Source: a virus (lineage: Duplodnaviria; Caudoviricetes). Taken from it: 27,780 bases of DNA. Of this stretch, positions 5,956 through 15,519 are shown piece by piece. Every line of letters starts with the position of its first letter. The first letter of the stretch is position 1. Position numbers and translations under genes: made by a program. The DNA lies in IMG/VR virus record IMGVR_UViG_3300040971_000056, positions 1-27,780 of that record. The stretch is one strand, 5' to 3'. The notes under the pieces were generated by a model that was not told the origin of the DNA, did not search any database, and was given only the letters and a program-made list of their open reading frames with translations.

Positions 5956-7446
5956 GTGGGTGCCACCCTAAATTTTGAAACTGATCTGGCGGGATTTTCT
6001 CCTCGACAGTTAGACGCTATTGAAGCTATTGACGACGATCGTTACAAGTATATCATGTATGGTGGTGCTCTCTGACTTGGCGGTGGAAAATCGTATTTAT
6101 TGAGATGGTGTGCGGTAAGGCAGTTAATTAAGCTGTCGAAAAAGTACAATAAGACAAGGCTAGTTGGTACTATTTGTTGTGAAAATTTCCCGGCCCTGAA
6201 AGACCGCCAAGTGCAAAAGATGGCAACCGAATTTCCTGTGTGGTTGGGAAGTTCTCATAATGACCACAAAGATTACGGTAGGTGCTTCATCCTTAATAAA
6301 AAGTTCGGCGGCGGGGTAATCGCGTTACGTAACTTAGATGACCCGAGTAAGTATCAATCTGCCGAGTTTGTGTTTATATTTATCGACGAATTAACCAAGA
6401 ACGAGCTTGAAGTATTTACATTTCTTCGATCCCGTTTGCGTTGTCCGGGTATTCCAGACCACGAGCTTAAGTTTGTGGGTGCTACCAATCCGGGTGGTAT
6501 AGGACATGGTTGGTGCAAAGCTTTCTGGATTGACAGCATATTTTCGGATGACTGGAAGGGATTCGAGGGGATGTTTAAGTATATTCCCTCCAAGGCTACC
6601 GACAATCCCCACTTAGATCAAGGGTATTACGCTGTGCTTGATACCCTCCCGGAAGCATTAAGAAAGGCGTTCAGGGATGGTGATTGGAATATTTTCGTAG
6701 GCCAAGCATTTACTGAGTTCAACAAAGCGATCCACGTCATACCTGACCATATACCACCTGCTTCCGCGCCGTGCTATATGACATACGATTGGGGATTTGG
6801 AAAGCCGTTCAGTATGGGTTGGTGGTACGTAGATAATGATGGTAGAATAATTCGGTTTCATGAGTGGTATGGTTGGAATGGTACCCCGGACGAAGGTTTG
6901 AGGATGTCAGATTCCAACGTAGCTAAGGAAATTGTTAAGATAGAGAAAGAATTTAGAGTGAACGGGGTAGCCCGGCATTTTATTCGTATTGCGGGTAGTG
7001 ATATTTTTAATAAGAAGCCGGATTATAAGGGCGGGGGTCAGGGTAAATCCACTTCAGAGGTGTTCAGCCCGTACGGATTATATTTCTCCCCCGGTGATTC
7101 ACTACGTACTCTTAAGATACGTCAGTTTAGAGAAAGGCTGATGGTGCGGTCGGATGGTCGGCCAATGATGTATGTAACTGAGAGTTGCAAACAGTTTATT
7201 CGCACCATACCAAATTTAATCATGGATACCAAATCGTATGAAGATATTGATACAAGCGGGGAAGATCATTGCTACGATGAAACTTGCAATTTGTGCATGG
7301 CTCGACCGATCCTTCCCGAAAAGCCGATAAATATTGCTACGGAAATAGAAAAACGGCTGAAAGAATTAGAGGTTTCCACTACCAATCAGTATGATAGGTT
7401 TGAGGAAGAATCAAAAAATGACTTCTCAATGCTGCACCTACAATGA
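5956..7446 (+). CDS. terL: Terminase large subunit, interrupted by in-frame TGA (6073-6075) in Walker A. About 494 aa if 6 nt are bypassed.
   Basis: GTG 5956 with AGGTGAT SD. Q-motif SPRQ, YIMYGGAL*LGGGKS, Walker B FIFIDE, coupling motif GATNPGGIGHGW, nuclease YDWGF and EDHCYDET. Confidence 0.9.
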
Positions 7447-7652
7447 TTAATTTAAATTACGTTATAATTATTTTGTCTTTACTTAATATGGCCCTGTCTG
7501 TTGTTGTGCTACGTGAACTAAAAAAGACAAAACCCGTGGTGCCACGTGAGCGTAAAGTTAGGGGGAGTAGTATTGAGGTGATGGTGGATCCCTATTTGGA
7601 GGCGTTCAATGGGGACCCAGTAGACAAACGAATCAAAACTGTGAGAGATTAA
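7443..7652 (+). CDS. Small protein with N-terminal transmembrane helix
   Basis: YVIIILSLLNMALSVVVL hydrophobic stretch, ATGA overlap with terL. Confidence 0.7.
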   Translation: MINLNYVIIILSLLNMALSVVVLRELKKTKPVVPRERKVRGSSIEVMVDPYLEAFNGDPVDKRIKTVRD

Positions 7653-7654
7653 TT

Positions 7655-8122
7655 ATGAAACTTAAATGCCATATATGTAAATTTGAGATCGCCACTATTG
7701 ATGACGGGATTAAAATTCCAGTGATTGGGGCCATGTTTGGTCCTGCCGACCCCATTCATAACCATATCCCACCGTGGTCACCAGTAGTGACATGGGAGCA
7801 TATCTATTGCCCAATGTGTTCATTCCGACCATTTGAGGAGCCAACCCCCACTGGGGGAATTATTATGACCACCGATGTTGGTACCATTATGGTAACTGCT
7901 GATGGTTTTATTATGGCTAATGGTGAGGGACTTGTTTTGGTTCACGACGGTGTTGTGCTGGAAACGCCCGAGGTTGACGCTGACGAGGCTCCGGCTACTG
8001 ATACAGCCGCCGATACCGACAAGGCCAAGGACGAGCCAGCGGACGCCCTCGCTGTTGATGCTGAGCCAGTAGTCGAGCCAGCAACAGCTAAGACTAAAGT
8101 GCCTGTAAAGAAGAGTAAATAA
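7655..8122 (+). CDS. Hypothetical protein with CHIC/CPMC pairs and acidic Ala-rich disordered C-terminus
   Basis: 155-aa ORF, TAATG coupling to portal. Confidence 0.75.
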   Translation: MKLKCHICKFEIATIDDGIKIPVIGAMFGPADPIHNHIPPWSPVVTWEHIYCPMCSFRPFEEPTPTGGIIMTTDVGTIMVTADGFIMANGEGLVLVHDGVVLETPEVDADEAPATDTAADTDKAKDEPADALAVDAEPVVEPATAKTKVPVKKSK

Positions 8123-10233
8123 TGACAGTAGAATCCAAATCATCAGAATTGGTGCCAAAAAAGGGCAGCGGAATAGGAGTAGCCAAAGCAGTATTTGATA
8201 TACTCAATGCTGTGGTTACCGATAAAGAGTCCATGGGTCTTGAGGCCAAATGGTACCGATTCTATGAAATGGGCAAGAATAAACAATGGCGGAAACAGAG
8301 TGCCGACCTTACTCTTGTTTCTGCCAACTTATTATCTGTACACCGAAGAAAGACTGTAAACAGTTTAACCGACAACAATCCCACTTTTAATGTAAAAAGG
8401 GTTGTATCAACTGCCGATACTGAAGACCGATTCAAGATGGTGTTGCATTCGGTTGAACATTGGTGGGGAGAGACTGAACAGCAGGATGTACTCGAACAAT
8501 CGGTACACAACGGGGAAACTTATGGTGTGTGTATTGAAAAATCGGTGTTTGATCTTGATAAAGAGTATGGAATTGGTGAGGTGGATACGGTAATAGTAGA
8601 CCCGTACCATTTTGGTATATTCCCAGTAAAATGTCTGGATATCCAGAAGGCCGAGGCTAACGTTCATTATTATCCAATGTCAGTAAGGGATATTAAACGT
8701 AAGTGGGGCAACGCGGCTGCAGATGTAGTCGCAGATACTGATATTACATCCACCAGCGACGATAGAAGGATGGTATCAGGAGTTAAAGACACCCTTCCCA
8801 CCACTACTTCATCCAGTATTGGTGGGATGATCAAGAAACTTCTCACCACTTTGGGTGGTAATACTGGAAGTAGTGGAGAAGAGGCAATAGTAGTAGAATG
8901 TTGGGTAAAGGATTACACCCCAAATGAAACAGGAATAGGGCCACTTTATCCGGGGTTTATTAGGTGTATAACTGCTGTTAATGGTTCCATTGTTTTGGAT
9001 GACAGGGCCAATCCCAACATCAACCCCAACATTGACCAGGAGTTAGCTTCCAACACTTATTTATACGACAAATTTCCGTTCTCCAAGGCCAATTCTAATA
9101 AAGATCCCGTAAATTTTTGGGGGGAGAGTGATTTCGAACAATTGATGGGATTGCAGATGGAGTTTAATAAATCCCTCAGTCAATTCTCATCACTCAAAGA
9201 TAAAGTTGCCGGTGTAAAATTTATAAACCCCAAAACTTCCGGGGTAAATAATTCTGCTATAACTAATGGTTCATCTATAATTAATCCGGATACGATTAAT
9301 CATGGAATGTCTTATATGGAGCCTCCTCCAATTCCTAAGGAATTGATGGAGTCAGTTAATGCATATAAAGAGTTATTTTTTATTGTTGCGGGTACCTTTG
9401 ACTTAGAGAGTGCCAATACTCCCGGTGGTCAGGTAATTGCATATAAGGCTATTGCGGCCCTAATTGAGAATGCTTCTACCATGATGAAGGGTAAGATACG
9501 TAATTATGGTAAGTTGATTCGTGATCGTGGTAGAATGGCAGTATCTCAGATGCAAAATTGGTATACTGAACCCCGGTTTATTAGTTTCATCGATAATGGG
9601 GACGAAGTAGAAGGGCAAGCATTTGGACCCGATATGATTGTACCGCTGAAATTGTCGGTAGTATCCGGTTCTACTATGCCTAAATCTGAAGTACAGCGTA
9701 GGGATGAGGCTATTGGTTTATATGAAAAGGGTGCTATTGATGCCGAAGAGTTATTGAAGGCACTTAATTGGGACAAACCAACTGAAGTAGTTAACCGGAT
9801 GGCCAAGGGTCCGGTAAATCAGTTCATTGAGAAGTTGTTAAAGGCCGGTATGCCACAAGAAATGTCCCAGTATTTCTCGGATGTGGCCGCTGTCGATGAT
9901 AAACAACTTGATCGCGCTTTGGATCGTGCTGAAATGCCATTCTTTAATCAGATATTCGCATTTCAGGGTATGCAACCGGATGTTAAACAAGAAATTTCTA
10001 TTGCCAAGGCCCGTGCTGAAGTCGCAGAGAGTGATGCAAGGAAAGAGGAAGCGTTGGCAAATGTTGATGCCACTATTGCTTCTGCCAGAAAGGATATGGA
10101 GTCGATTCGTCAAACTGATGAAAGAATTAAAATTGATAAGGCCAAGGTTGTCCATGAGGCCAGAACCAAGGAGAGGGACCAGATGTTAAAAGAAAAGGAG
10201 ATAAAAAGTGCCGCTTCACAACCATCTGTGTAA
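8122..10233 (+). CDS. Portal protein
   Basis: 703 aa, downstream of TerL, helical composition with C-terminal coiled-coil barrel-like region as in P22-type portals. Confidence 0.8.
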   Translation: MTVESKSSELVPKKGSGIGVAKAVFDILNAVVTDKESMGLEAKWYRFYEMGKNKQWRKQSADLTLVSANLLSVHRRKTVNSLTDNNPTFNVKRVVSTADTEDRFKMVLHSVEHWWGETEQQDVLEQSVHNGETYGVCIEKSVFDLDKEYGIGEVDTVIVDPYHFGIFPVKCLDIQKAEANVHYYPMSVRDIKRKWGNAAADVVADTDITSTSDDRRMVSGVKDTLPTTTSSSIGGMIKKLLTTLGGNTGSSGEEAIVVECWVKDYTPNETGIGPLYPGFIRCITAVNGSIVLDDRANPNINPNIDQELASNTYLYDKFPFSKANSNKDPVNFWGESDFEQLMGLQMEFNKSLSQFSSLKDKVAGVKFINPKTSGVNNSAITNGSSIINPDTINHGMSYMEPPPIPKELMESVNAYKELFFIVAGTFDLESANTPGGQVIAYKAIAALIENASTMMKGKIRNYGKLIRDRGRMAVSQMQNWYTEPRFISFIDNGDEVEGQAFGPDMIVPLKLSVVSGSTMPKSEVQRRDEAIGLYEKGAIDAEELLKALNWDKPTEVVNRMAKGPVNQFIEKLLKAGMPQEMSQYFSDVAAVDDKQLDRALDRAEMPFFNQIFAFQGMQPDVKQEISIAKARAEVAESDARKEEALANVDATIASARKDMESIRQTDERIKIDKAKVVHEARTKERDQMLKEKEIKSAASQPSV

Positions 10234-10591
10234 ATCGTGTGGGGTCCTATTTGAGGATGTAGTAAAATGGGACGAGTATACTGTTAAATGCCCAAATTGT
10301 GGCTCGGATGCCAACAGGGTGTATACGGAATTTAATGGCATCAAGAAAGAAAACCCTTCTTGGATGTACAAAACGTTGGAAGTTGTAAATAAAGACGGTG
10401 GTAGGCACTGTCAGGAATTCCTTAAAAACCCAAATCGTGATAACTACAAAGGGTGGTTAAACGGTGAGGGGCTGAGGCCACTTGAAGAAGGGGAGTCAAT
10501 GAAAAGAAAGAAAGTTGATAACTCCGGATTAAGGGCCAAGGTTAAGGAAAAATTTTACAAGGATTCCTCGATAACAATAAAAGGGGTTTAA
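10208..10591 (+). CDS. FmdB-like zinc-ribbon protein
   Basis: MPLHNHLCKSCG..FE...CPNCGS...RV pattern. GTG start with AAGGAG RBS inside the portal 3' end. Confidence 0.75.
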   Translation: MPLHNHLCKSCGVLFEDVVKWDEYTVKCPNCGSDANRVYTEFNGIKKENPSWMYKTLEVVNKDGGRHCQEFLKNPNRDNYKGWLNGEGLRPLEEGESMKRKKVDNSGLRAKVKEKFYKDSSITIKGV

Positions 10592-10592
10592 C

Positions 10593-11417
10593 ATGAAAAA
10601 AAGAGCAATGGTATTGGCCCGATTTTTGTCCGTATTTGGTGTTGTTAATTATAACACTCCAGATCTCCCCGGTGGTTCTATGGGAGGAGGCGGCAACGAT
10701 AGTGGCGGGATGGGCGGTAGTGTGGACGATGATGCTGGTGCGGTCGGTAACTTAGACGATTCCGCATCCGGGGACGCTACTCCACCTACTGGGGATGTTA
10801 CTCCACCTACTGGGGATGTTGTCCCCACAGCTGGACCGAATTATGACGAAAGATTTACAGCATTAGACAGCAAGATTACCGACCTGTTTAGTGCAATCAA
10901 AAACACTAATAGTGACAATGATAGTTCCAGTAAGTCAGCTGGTGACTTATCTGGGCTTGAGCACGATGATTTAGTGACTATGCTAGCAGAAGATCCAGCC
11001 GGTTTCATTGGTAAGGTAACTGCGGCAGTGGAACAATCGGTAATTGCTAAAGTTTCACGGGAAAATGCTGTGAATACTTATAATAGCAAGGTTGAGGCAG
11101 TAGTTAATGATTACGCCGATAAAAACCCCGATTTCGAAAAGATGTGGGATGATGGTAAGATCCAAGGGTTCATGGAAAAGAATCCCGGACACAACGCCAT
11201 TTCTTCACACATGGTTTTAACAATGGAACAAAAGATTACAGATGCAAAAAAAGCCGGTGCAGAAGAAGCAGTACGTAACTTCCGTACCAAAACAAACAAT
11301 CAGGTACTCAATGGTGGACCTGGTATACTACCAGAGCAGCGAGACGCCGCATTAAAGAATCCGGAGAAATTCGGTGGGCGATCTGCGGTTTTGGCGGCAA
11401 GAGCAGGAATACAATAG
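10593..11417 (+). CDS. Capsid scaffolding protein (putative)
   Basis: Acidic, Gly/Asp-rich disordered N-terminus followed by a helical region, located immediately before MCP. Confidence 0.65.
   Translation: MKKRAMVLARFLSVFGVVNYNTPDLPGGSMGGGGNDSGGMGGSVDDDAGAVGNLDDSASGDATPPTGDVTPPTGDVVPTAGPNYDERFTALDSKITDLFSAIKNTNSDNDSSSKSAGDLSGLEHDDLVTMLAEDPAGFIGKVTAAVEQSVIAKVSRENAVNTYNSKVEAVVNDYADKNPDFEKMWDDGKIQGFMEKNPGHNAISSHMVLTMEQKITDAKKAGAEEAVRNFRTKTNNQVLNGGPGILPEQRDAALKNPEKFGGRSAVLAARAGIQ
10778..10819 (+). repeat. 21-bp tandem duplication encoding TPPTGDV x2
   Basis: TACTCCACCTACTGGGGATGT at 10778 and 10799. Confidence 0.9.
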
Positions 11418-11426
11418 GAGAATTAA

Positions 11427-12398
11427 ATGCCAACTTTCGAACAGTTAGAGTCAGTAACAAATGATTATTTTGTATTGGATGGCGGTAAGGCCACTGATAT
11501 TTACTTTCAATCATCTTTCCTTCTCAATTTGATGCTTAAACAGCAGAGGGGTTTGTGGAAACGTCCTACAGGTGGTATCCGTGTACGTATCCCTTTGAAG
11601 TATGACGGTGCAGAGGCCGGTTTTTACGGTCGTGGCGATACTCTGTCTAGTGACAAGCGTGAAAACGTCAACGCGGTTTATTTCAAATTGGCCCATGCCT
11701 ACGGTAATGCTACTATTCTTCGTCTGGATACTCTTGAGAACTCCGGACCCACTGCAATTGTAGATCTTGCTATTGACGAGATCGAGACTGCGCAAACTTC
11801 TCTTACTAAAGTGTTGGCCGAGTCCCTTTACGACCTTCCTTCTGGTAACGACAAACGTCTTACCGGTCTTCGGGCCATGTGTAATGAAACCGCTTCTCTG
11901 GCTTATGCCGGTATGACTGAGGATGAGTTACAGGCTGAGGATGGTACCAAACCATGGGAAGGTAAGATGATTTCCACGGTTGAGGCAATTTCTACTACCA
12001 TTATTCGTAATATGGCTACCGCCGCCAAAGTGCGTGATGGTGTTAATGGTAAGCCTGACATCGCCGTACTTCCTGAGGCCTTGTTCAACGTTCTTGTTGA
12101 TACTTTAACTATCCAGCAGCGTTTTGTGAAGTCTGAAGATACTGCCAAGGCTGGTTTTACCGGTATTGATTTCGAGGGTAAGATTCTTACTCCCGATGAT
12201 TTCTGCCCAGCTGGTCATTTATTCTTACTCAATAGTAAGCATGTGGGTTTTGCCGTTCATACCAAGGGTTTCTTTACTCGCGGCCCATGGAGAGTGGTAG
12301 AGAATAGCCCTGAGGACAAAACCATGAAGATTTATTTTGATGGTAATGTCATTTGTAACAACCGTAAAGCCCATATCGGCCATAGCAATCTTAGTTAG
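11427..12398 (+). CDS. Major capsid protein (HK97 fold)
   Basis: 323 aa after scaffold, AGGAG RBS, highly biased codons. GGIRVRIPLKY, RLTGL, KPDI, GFTGIDFEG and LFLLNSKH motifs. Confidence 0.85.
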   Translation: MPTFEQLESVTNDYFVLDGGKATDIYFQSSFLLNLMLKQQRGLWKRPTGGIRVRIPLKYDGAEAGFYGRGDTLSSDKRENVNAVYFKLAHAYGNATILRLDTLENSGPTAIVDLAIDEIETAQTSLTKVLAESLYDLPSGNDKRLTGLRAMCNETASLAYAGMTEDELQAEDGTKPWEGKMISTVEAISTTIIRNMATAAKVRDGVNGKPDIAVLPEALFNVLVDTLTIQQRFVKSEDTAKAGFTGIDFEGKILTPDDFCPAGHLFLLNSKHVGFAVHTKGFFTRGPWRVVENSPEDKTMKIYFDGNVICNNRKAHIGHSNLS

Positions 12399-12455
12399 TT
12401 TTGGCTGATATTATTTAATTATGTTTAATCAAACTCTTGTTATGGAGGAAGTATA

Positions 12456-13166
12456 ATGCGTGAAGCACCTTTAAAAACTACCGCTTACAATCAGGGTATC
12501 CTTACCACCAGCACTACTGCCAAAGAGAAACTCGGTACCCTTCGGATTCTCGAAGACGGTCGTAAGTTTCGTTATGCCAAAGCTGGTGCCGCCATTGCTG
12601 CTGGCCAAGCAGTTTCTTGTGCTCTGGTAGCTGCACAACATCTTGGTGCCATTGTGGCATCTATTAATTCTTCTGGTACGCAGGTTGCTTTAACTGTTAC
12701 CGCTGGTCTGGCTTTGGCCAATGATGCCCTTGCTGGTGCCATGTTACACGTAACGTCTGGTACTGGAGCGGGTAGATCTTACCGCGCCGAGTCCAGCACC
12801 GCCATTACTGCTGCTGGTACTTCTATTACTTTCGCACTGGTTGATCGTTTGGCCATCTACGATGGTACTACCAGAATCAGTGTTGTGCCCTCTCCTTGGA
12901 GTGGTGTATTGGTAGGTGCTGCTAATGCCGCTGCCGCTGGAGTTGCTCCAGTGGCTGTAGCTTCTGGTTCCTACTTCTGGTCACAAGTATCCGGGCCTGC
13001 CTCTGCATTGATTGTTGGTACCCCAGCTGTCGGGTCCCCGGTGATTTTAGGTGCGGCTGGTGCAGTTGCGGTTATTACTGCGGCCACTAGTCTGGCAATC
13101 GGGTACGCGTTTGGTTCGGTAGGTATTGCTGGTGAGTACAAACCGGTAATGCTCACCCTCGAATAA
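12456..13166 (+). CDS. Capsid decoration/cement-like protein (putative)
   Basis: Ala/Gly-rich, LGT...DGRKFRYAKAG and GSYFWSQVSG motifs, directly after MCP, GGAGG RBS. Confidence 0.55.
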   Translation: MREAPLKTTAYNQGILTTSTTAKEKLGTLRILEDGRKFRYAKAGAAIAAGQAVSCALVAAQHLGAIVASINSSGTQVALTVTAGLALANDALAGAMLHVTSGTGAGRSYRAESSTAITAAGTSITFALVDRLAIYDGTTRISVVPSPWSGVLVGAANAAAAGVAPVAVASGSYFWSQVSGPASALIVGTPAVGSPVILGAAGAVAVITAATSLAIGYAFGSVGIAGEYKPVMLTLE

Positions 13167-13180
13167 GGGGGGGTGATGAT

Positions 13181-13420
13181 ATGGCTTTCATTGCTACTAA
13201 AACTAAACTCGATGTAATGGGTTCCCACCGTGTTCAGATGGGAACATTTTCACAGGCCAGTGGTGATACCGGTGGTGTTGTTAACACCGGTCTTCGTGTA
13301 GTAGATAATTTCCAGATGACCTCTGCAAAGAGTGTATCTGTAAGTGGGGGCGCAGTAACTGTAGTTACTCCTGATCCCGTTGCTACTGTTGCTGGTTTCT
13401 GGATAGCTACTGGTATGTAA
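13181..13420 (+). CDS. Small virion protein (hypothetical)
   Basis: 79 aa, GGGGGGTGA RBS, beta-rich. Confidence 0.7.
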   Translation: MAFIATKTKLDVMGSHRVQMGTFSQASGDTGGVVNTGLRVVDNFQMTSAKSVSVSGGAVTVVTPDPVATVAGFWIATGM

Positions 13421-13422
13421 TT

Positions 13423-14100
13423 ATGGCAAAAATGACGGTTGATAATGTAATTGACAGAGTGTTACAGAAGATTCAGGATGATGGTATTGATTCTGATTTT
13501 ATACTGGAAGCATTTAACCAATGTAATGTCCATCTAGCTACTGTGGTTGACATTAAAGAATTAGCAACCGTCAGTGAAGTAATCTTTCTGGCAGGGGTGA
13601 ACGAGATACCCCTGCCAGATGATTTTCACAAGAATTTTACGATGGGCTACAACGATTCAGTTGATTGCAAATTGGCAGTATTTGAGAGTAGAAGGGTACT
13701 AGATTATAGAACCAGGGGTTTATCTAATTCTGGTAATGTTATTGCTGTGTGTAACGACTCTCCAAATATTTATTATAAATGTAGTCCATCTGTAGACCAA
13801 AATGGTCGCATTTATTACCATAGGTTGCCCATTGATTTGGCTGAGGGGGGTTCTTTCCCCCCATATATACCAAATGGTAGTGTGTACCGACTGTTTTTTC
13901 ATTATACAGTATCACAATGTTATGACTTTATTGAAGATGGTATTGATGGCGGTCCTGAGGACAAGAAAACCAACACAATTTACCACGATAGTAAATTCAA
14001 AGAAGCACTAAAAGAGTTTATTTCATTTGTAGGACCCGATCCTAATAACGCTTACGACTCCAGATCTAATCAAAAATTTGATTTTGACTGTTTCGAATAA
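13423..14100 (+). CDS. Head-tail adaptor / tail tubular protein A-like (putative)
   Basis: 225 aa. N-terminal helices 'VIDRVLQKIQD...ILEAFNQ' and 'IPLPDDF' typical of podovirus adaptors. Position fits. Confidence 0.55.
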   Translation: MAKMTVDNVIDRVLQKIQDDGIDSDFILEAFNQCNVHLATVVDIKELATVSEVIFLAGVNEIPLPDDFHKNFTMGYNDSVDCKLAVFESRRVLDYRTRGLSNSGNVIAVCNDSPNIYYKCSPSVDQNGRIYYHRLPIDLAEGGSFPPYIPNGSVYRLFFHYTVSQCYDFIEDGIDGGPEDKKTNTIYHDSKFKEALKEFISFVGPDPNNAYDSRSNQKFDFDCFE

Positions 14101-14101
14101 T

Positions 14102-15019
14102 ATGTTACATAATCTATTATCTAAGTGTACGGGTCTTAACAACTTAATCGACCCCACCAGATTACAACACGATCCTAATTCTGGAGTTTCCGAGTTATCA
14201 GAAGCGGTAAATGTGTATGTGGATGATTCAGGGGCGGTTTCCCGCAGACCGGGACAGTCGTTGTTATCCGCAGGTGAGTTTCATTCCTTATATTGTAATA
14301 AGGGTGATTGCTTTGTTGTTCAAGACCGTACTGATGATGCGGCTATCTATAAAGTTGGAACTGATTTTTCTTTGTCGGGAGTACGGTCGGGGCTTGTAAA
14401 GGGTGCACGAGTTTCTTACTGGCAAGAAGGTGCAAAAACCTACTACTCCAGCGAGTTTCACAATGGGGTGATTGAAAATGGGATTTCAGCATCCTGGCCT
14501 ACAAATGTACACGTGGGAGCAGACACCACTAGAGTATTTAGCGTGGCCCCTAAGGGAACTCATCTAGGGGTATTTCAAGGACGGATGTGGCTAGCTGCAG
14601 AAAATGTTATCTGGGTATCCGAACCATACGCCTTTGGAAAGTTTGATATGGCCCGATGCTTTTTCCAGTTTGGCTCTAGGGTACGGATGATAAAACCTGT
14701 ACTAACTGGCGTGTGGATCTCCACTGACGAGTATACTGGGTTCATTAAAGGCGCGGATAAATTTGAACAAATGAGCTTTGAAAAGAAATCTTCGCTTCCT
14801 GCTCATGAATATAGTGAATGTATTGAGTTATCGGAGAATGTGGCCACCCAGCTAAATTTACGGGGCCAAGTTGCTACATGGTCTAGTGACGCTGGTTTGT
14901 GTGTGGGAACGGAAGATGGTAAGTTGTTAGTTCCAACTGAGAATAAATTGTTATACCCAGCTGGTTCAATGGGGGCCACTGTAGCATTGAACAATGAAAT
15001 TATAAACGTGATATACTAA
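14102..15019 (+). CDS. Tail nozzle / beta-propeller-like virion protein (putative)
   Basis: Likely start ATG 14102, 1 nt after the adaptor stop. GLNN..DP, NVYVDDSGAVSRRPG and FQGRMWLA motifs resemble tail stabiliser N-termini. Confidence 0.5.
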   Translation: MLHNLLSKCTGLNNLIDPTRLQHDPNSGVSELSEAVNVYVDDSGAVSRRPGQSLLSAGEFHSLYCNKGDCFVVQDRTDDAAIYKVGTDFSLSGVRSGLVKGARVSYWQEGAKTYYSSEFHNGVIENGISASWPTNVHVGADTTRVFSVAPKGTHLGVFQGRMWLAAENVIWVSEPYAFGKFDMARCFFQFGSRVRMIKPVLTGVWISTDEYTGFIKGADKFEQMSFEKKSSLPAHEYSECIELSENVATQLNLRGQVATWSSDAGLCVGTEDGKLLVPTENKLLYPAGSMGATVALNNEIINVIY

Positions 15020-15031
15020 AGGGGATTAAAG

Positions 15032-15508
15032 ATGGCAGAACGATTAAGTAACGGATTCGTAAATGGTGTAAATATTACTGGCAGTGTTAAAACCTTAATG
15101 ACCAACGGTATAATTCACATATATACAGGCTCTCAACCCGTTGATGCTGACGCGGCAGAAACGGGGGATCTTATTGCTATTATAACTTTAGCTAGCGGGG
15201 CCTTTACACCAGGATCGGCAACCAATGGTATTAATCTGGCTGCAACTTCTACTGGTGGTGTTATTTCCAAGGCGTCCGGTGAAGTGTGGAGTGGCGTTGG
15301 TACCGCTCTAGCCGGTGCTGGAAAAGTGGCCGGTTGGTTTAGATGGTACGGTAATGCTAGAATTCTTGGGGCTAGTACAACAGGAGTTCGCTTAGATGGG
15401 GCTATAGGTACTACTGTTTCATATGAGCTACAATTAAGTAATACCACTATAGCTACTGGTAGCCCTGTAACAATTAGTGTATTTGATTATACAACCCCCA
15501 AAAGTTAA
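15032..15508 (+). CDS. Virion structural protein (hypothetical)
   Basis: 158 aa, Gly/Thr-rich, IHIYTGSQP..AD and AGWFR motifs. Confidence 0.7.
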   Translation: MAERLSNGFVNGVNITGSVKTLMTNGIIHIYTGSQPVDADAAETGDLIAIITLASGAFTPGSATNGINLAATSTGGVISKASGEVWSGVGTALAGAGKVAGWFRWYGNARILGASTTGVRLDGAIGTTVSYELQLSNTTIATGSPVTISVFDYTTPKS

Positions 15509-15519
15509 GGAATTAGCCC

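Noticed and set aside
6073-6075. Genome-wide TGA reassignment (code 4 or 25) as the explanation for the terL stop
   Set aside because: All other long genes are open in code 11 without internal TGA. TGA is used as a coupled stop (ATGA at 7443-7446 and 137-140). A sense reading would distort Walker A.
6070-6078. Group I intron or intein in terL
   Set aside because: The insertion is only 6 nt, with no room for a ribozyme core or intein motifs.
6073-6130. Selenocysteine insertion at the UGA
   Set aside because: No convincing bacterial SECIS hairpin downstream, no Cys expected at this P-loop position, and two extra residues would remain.
6100-7446. ORF-track start of TerL at TTG 6100
   Set aside because: It lacks the Q-motif and Walker A, which are encoded in frame upstream.
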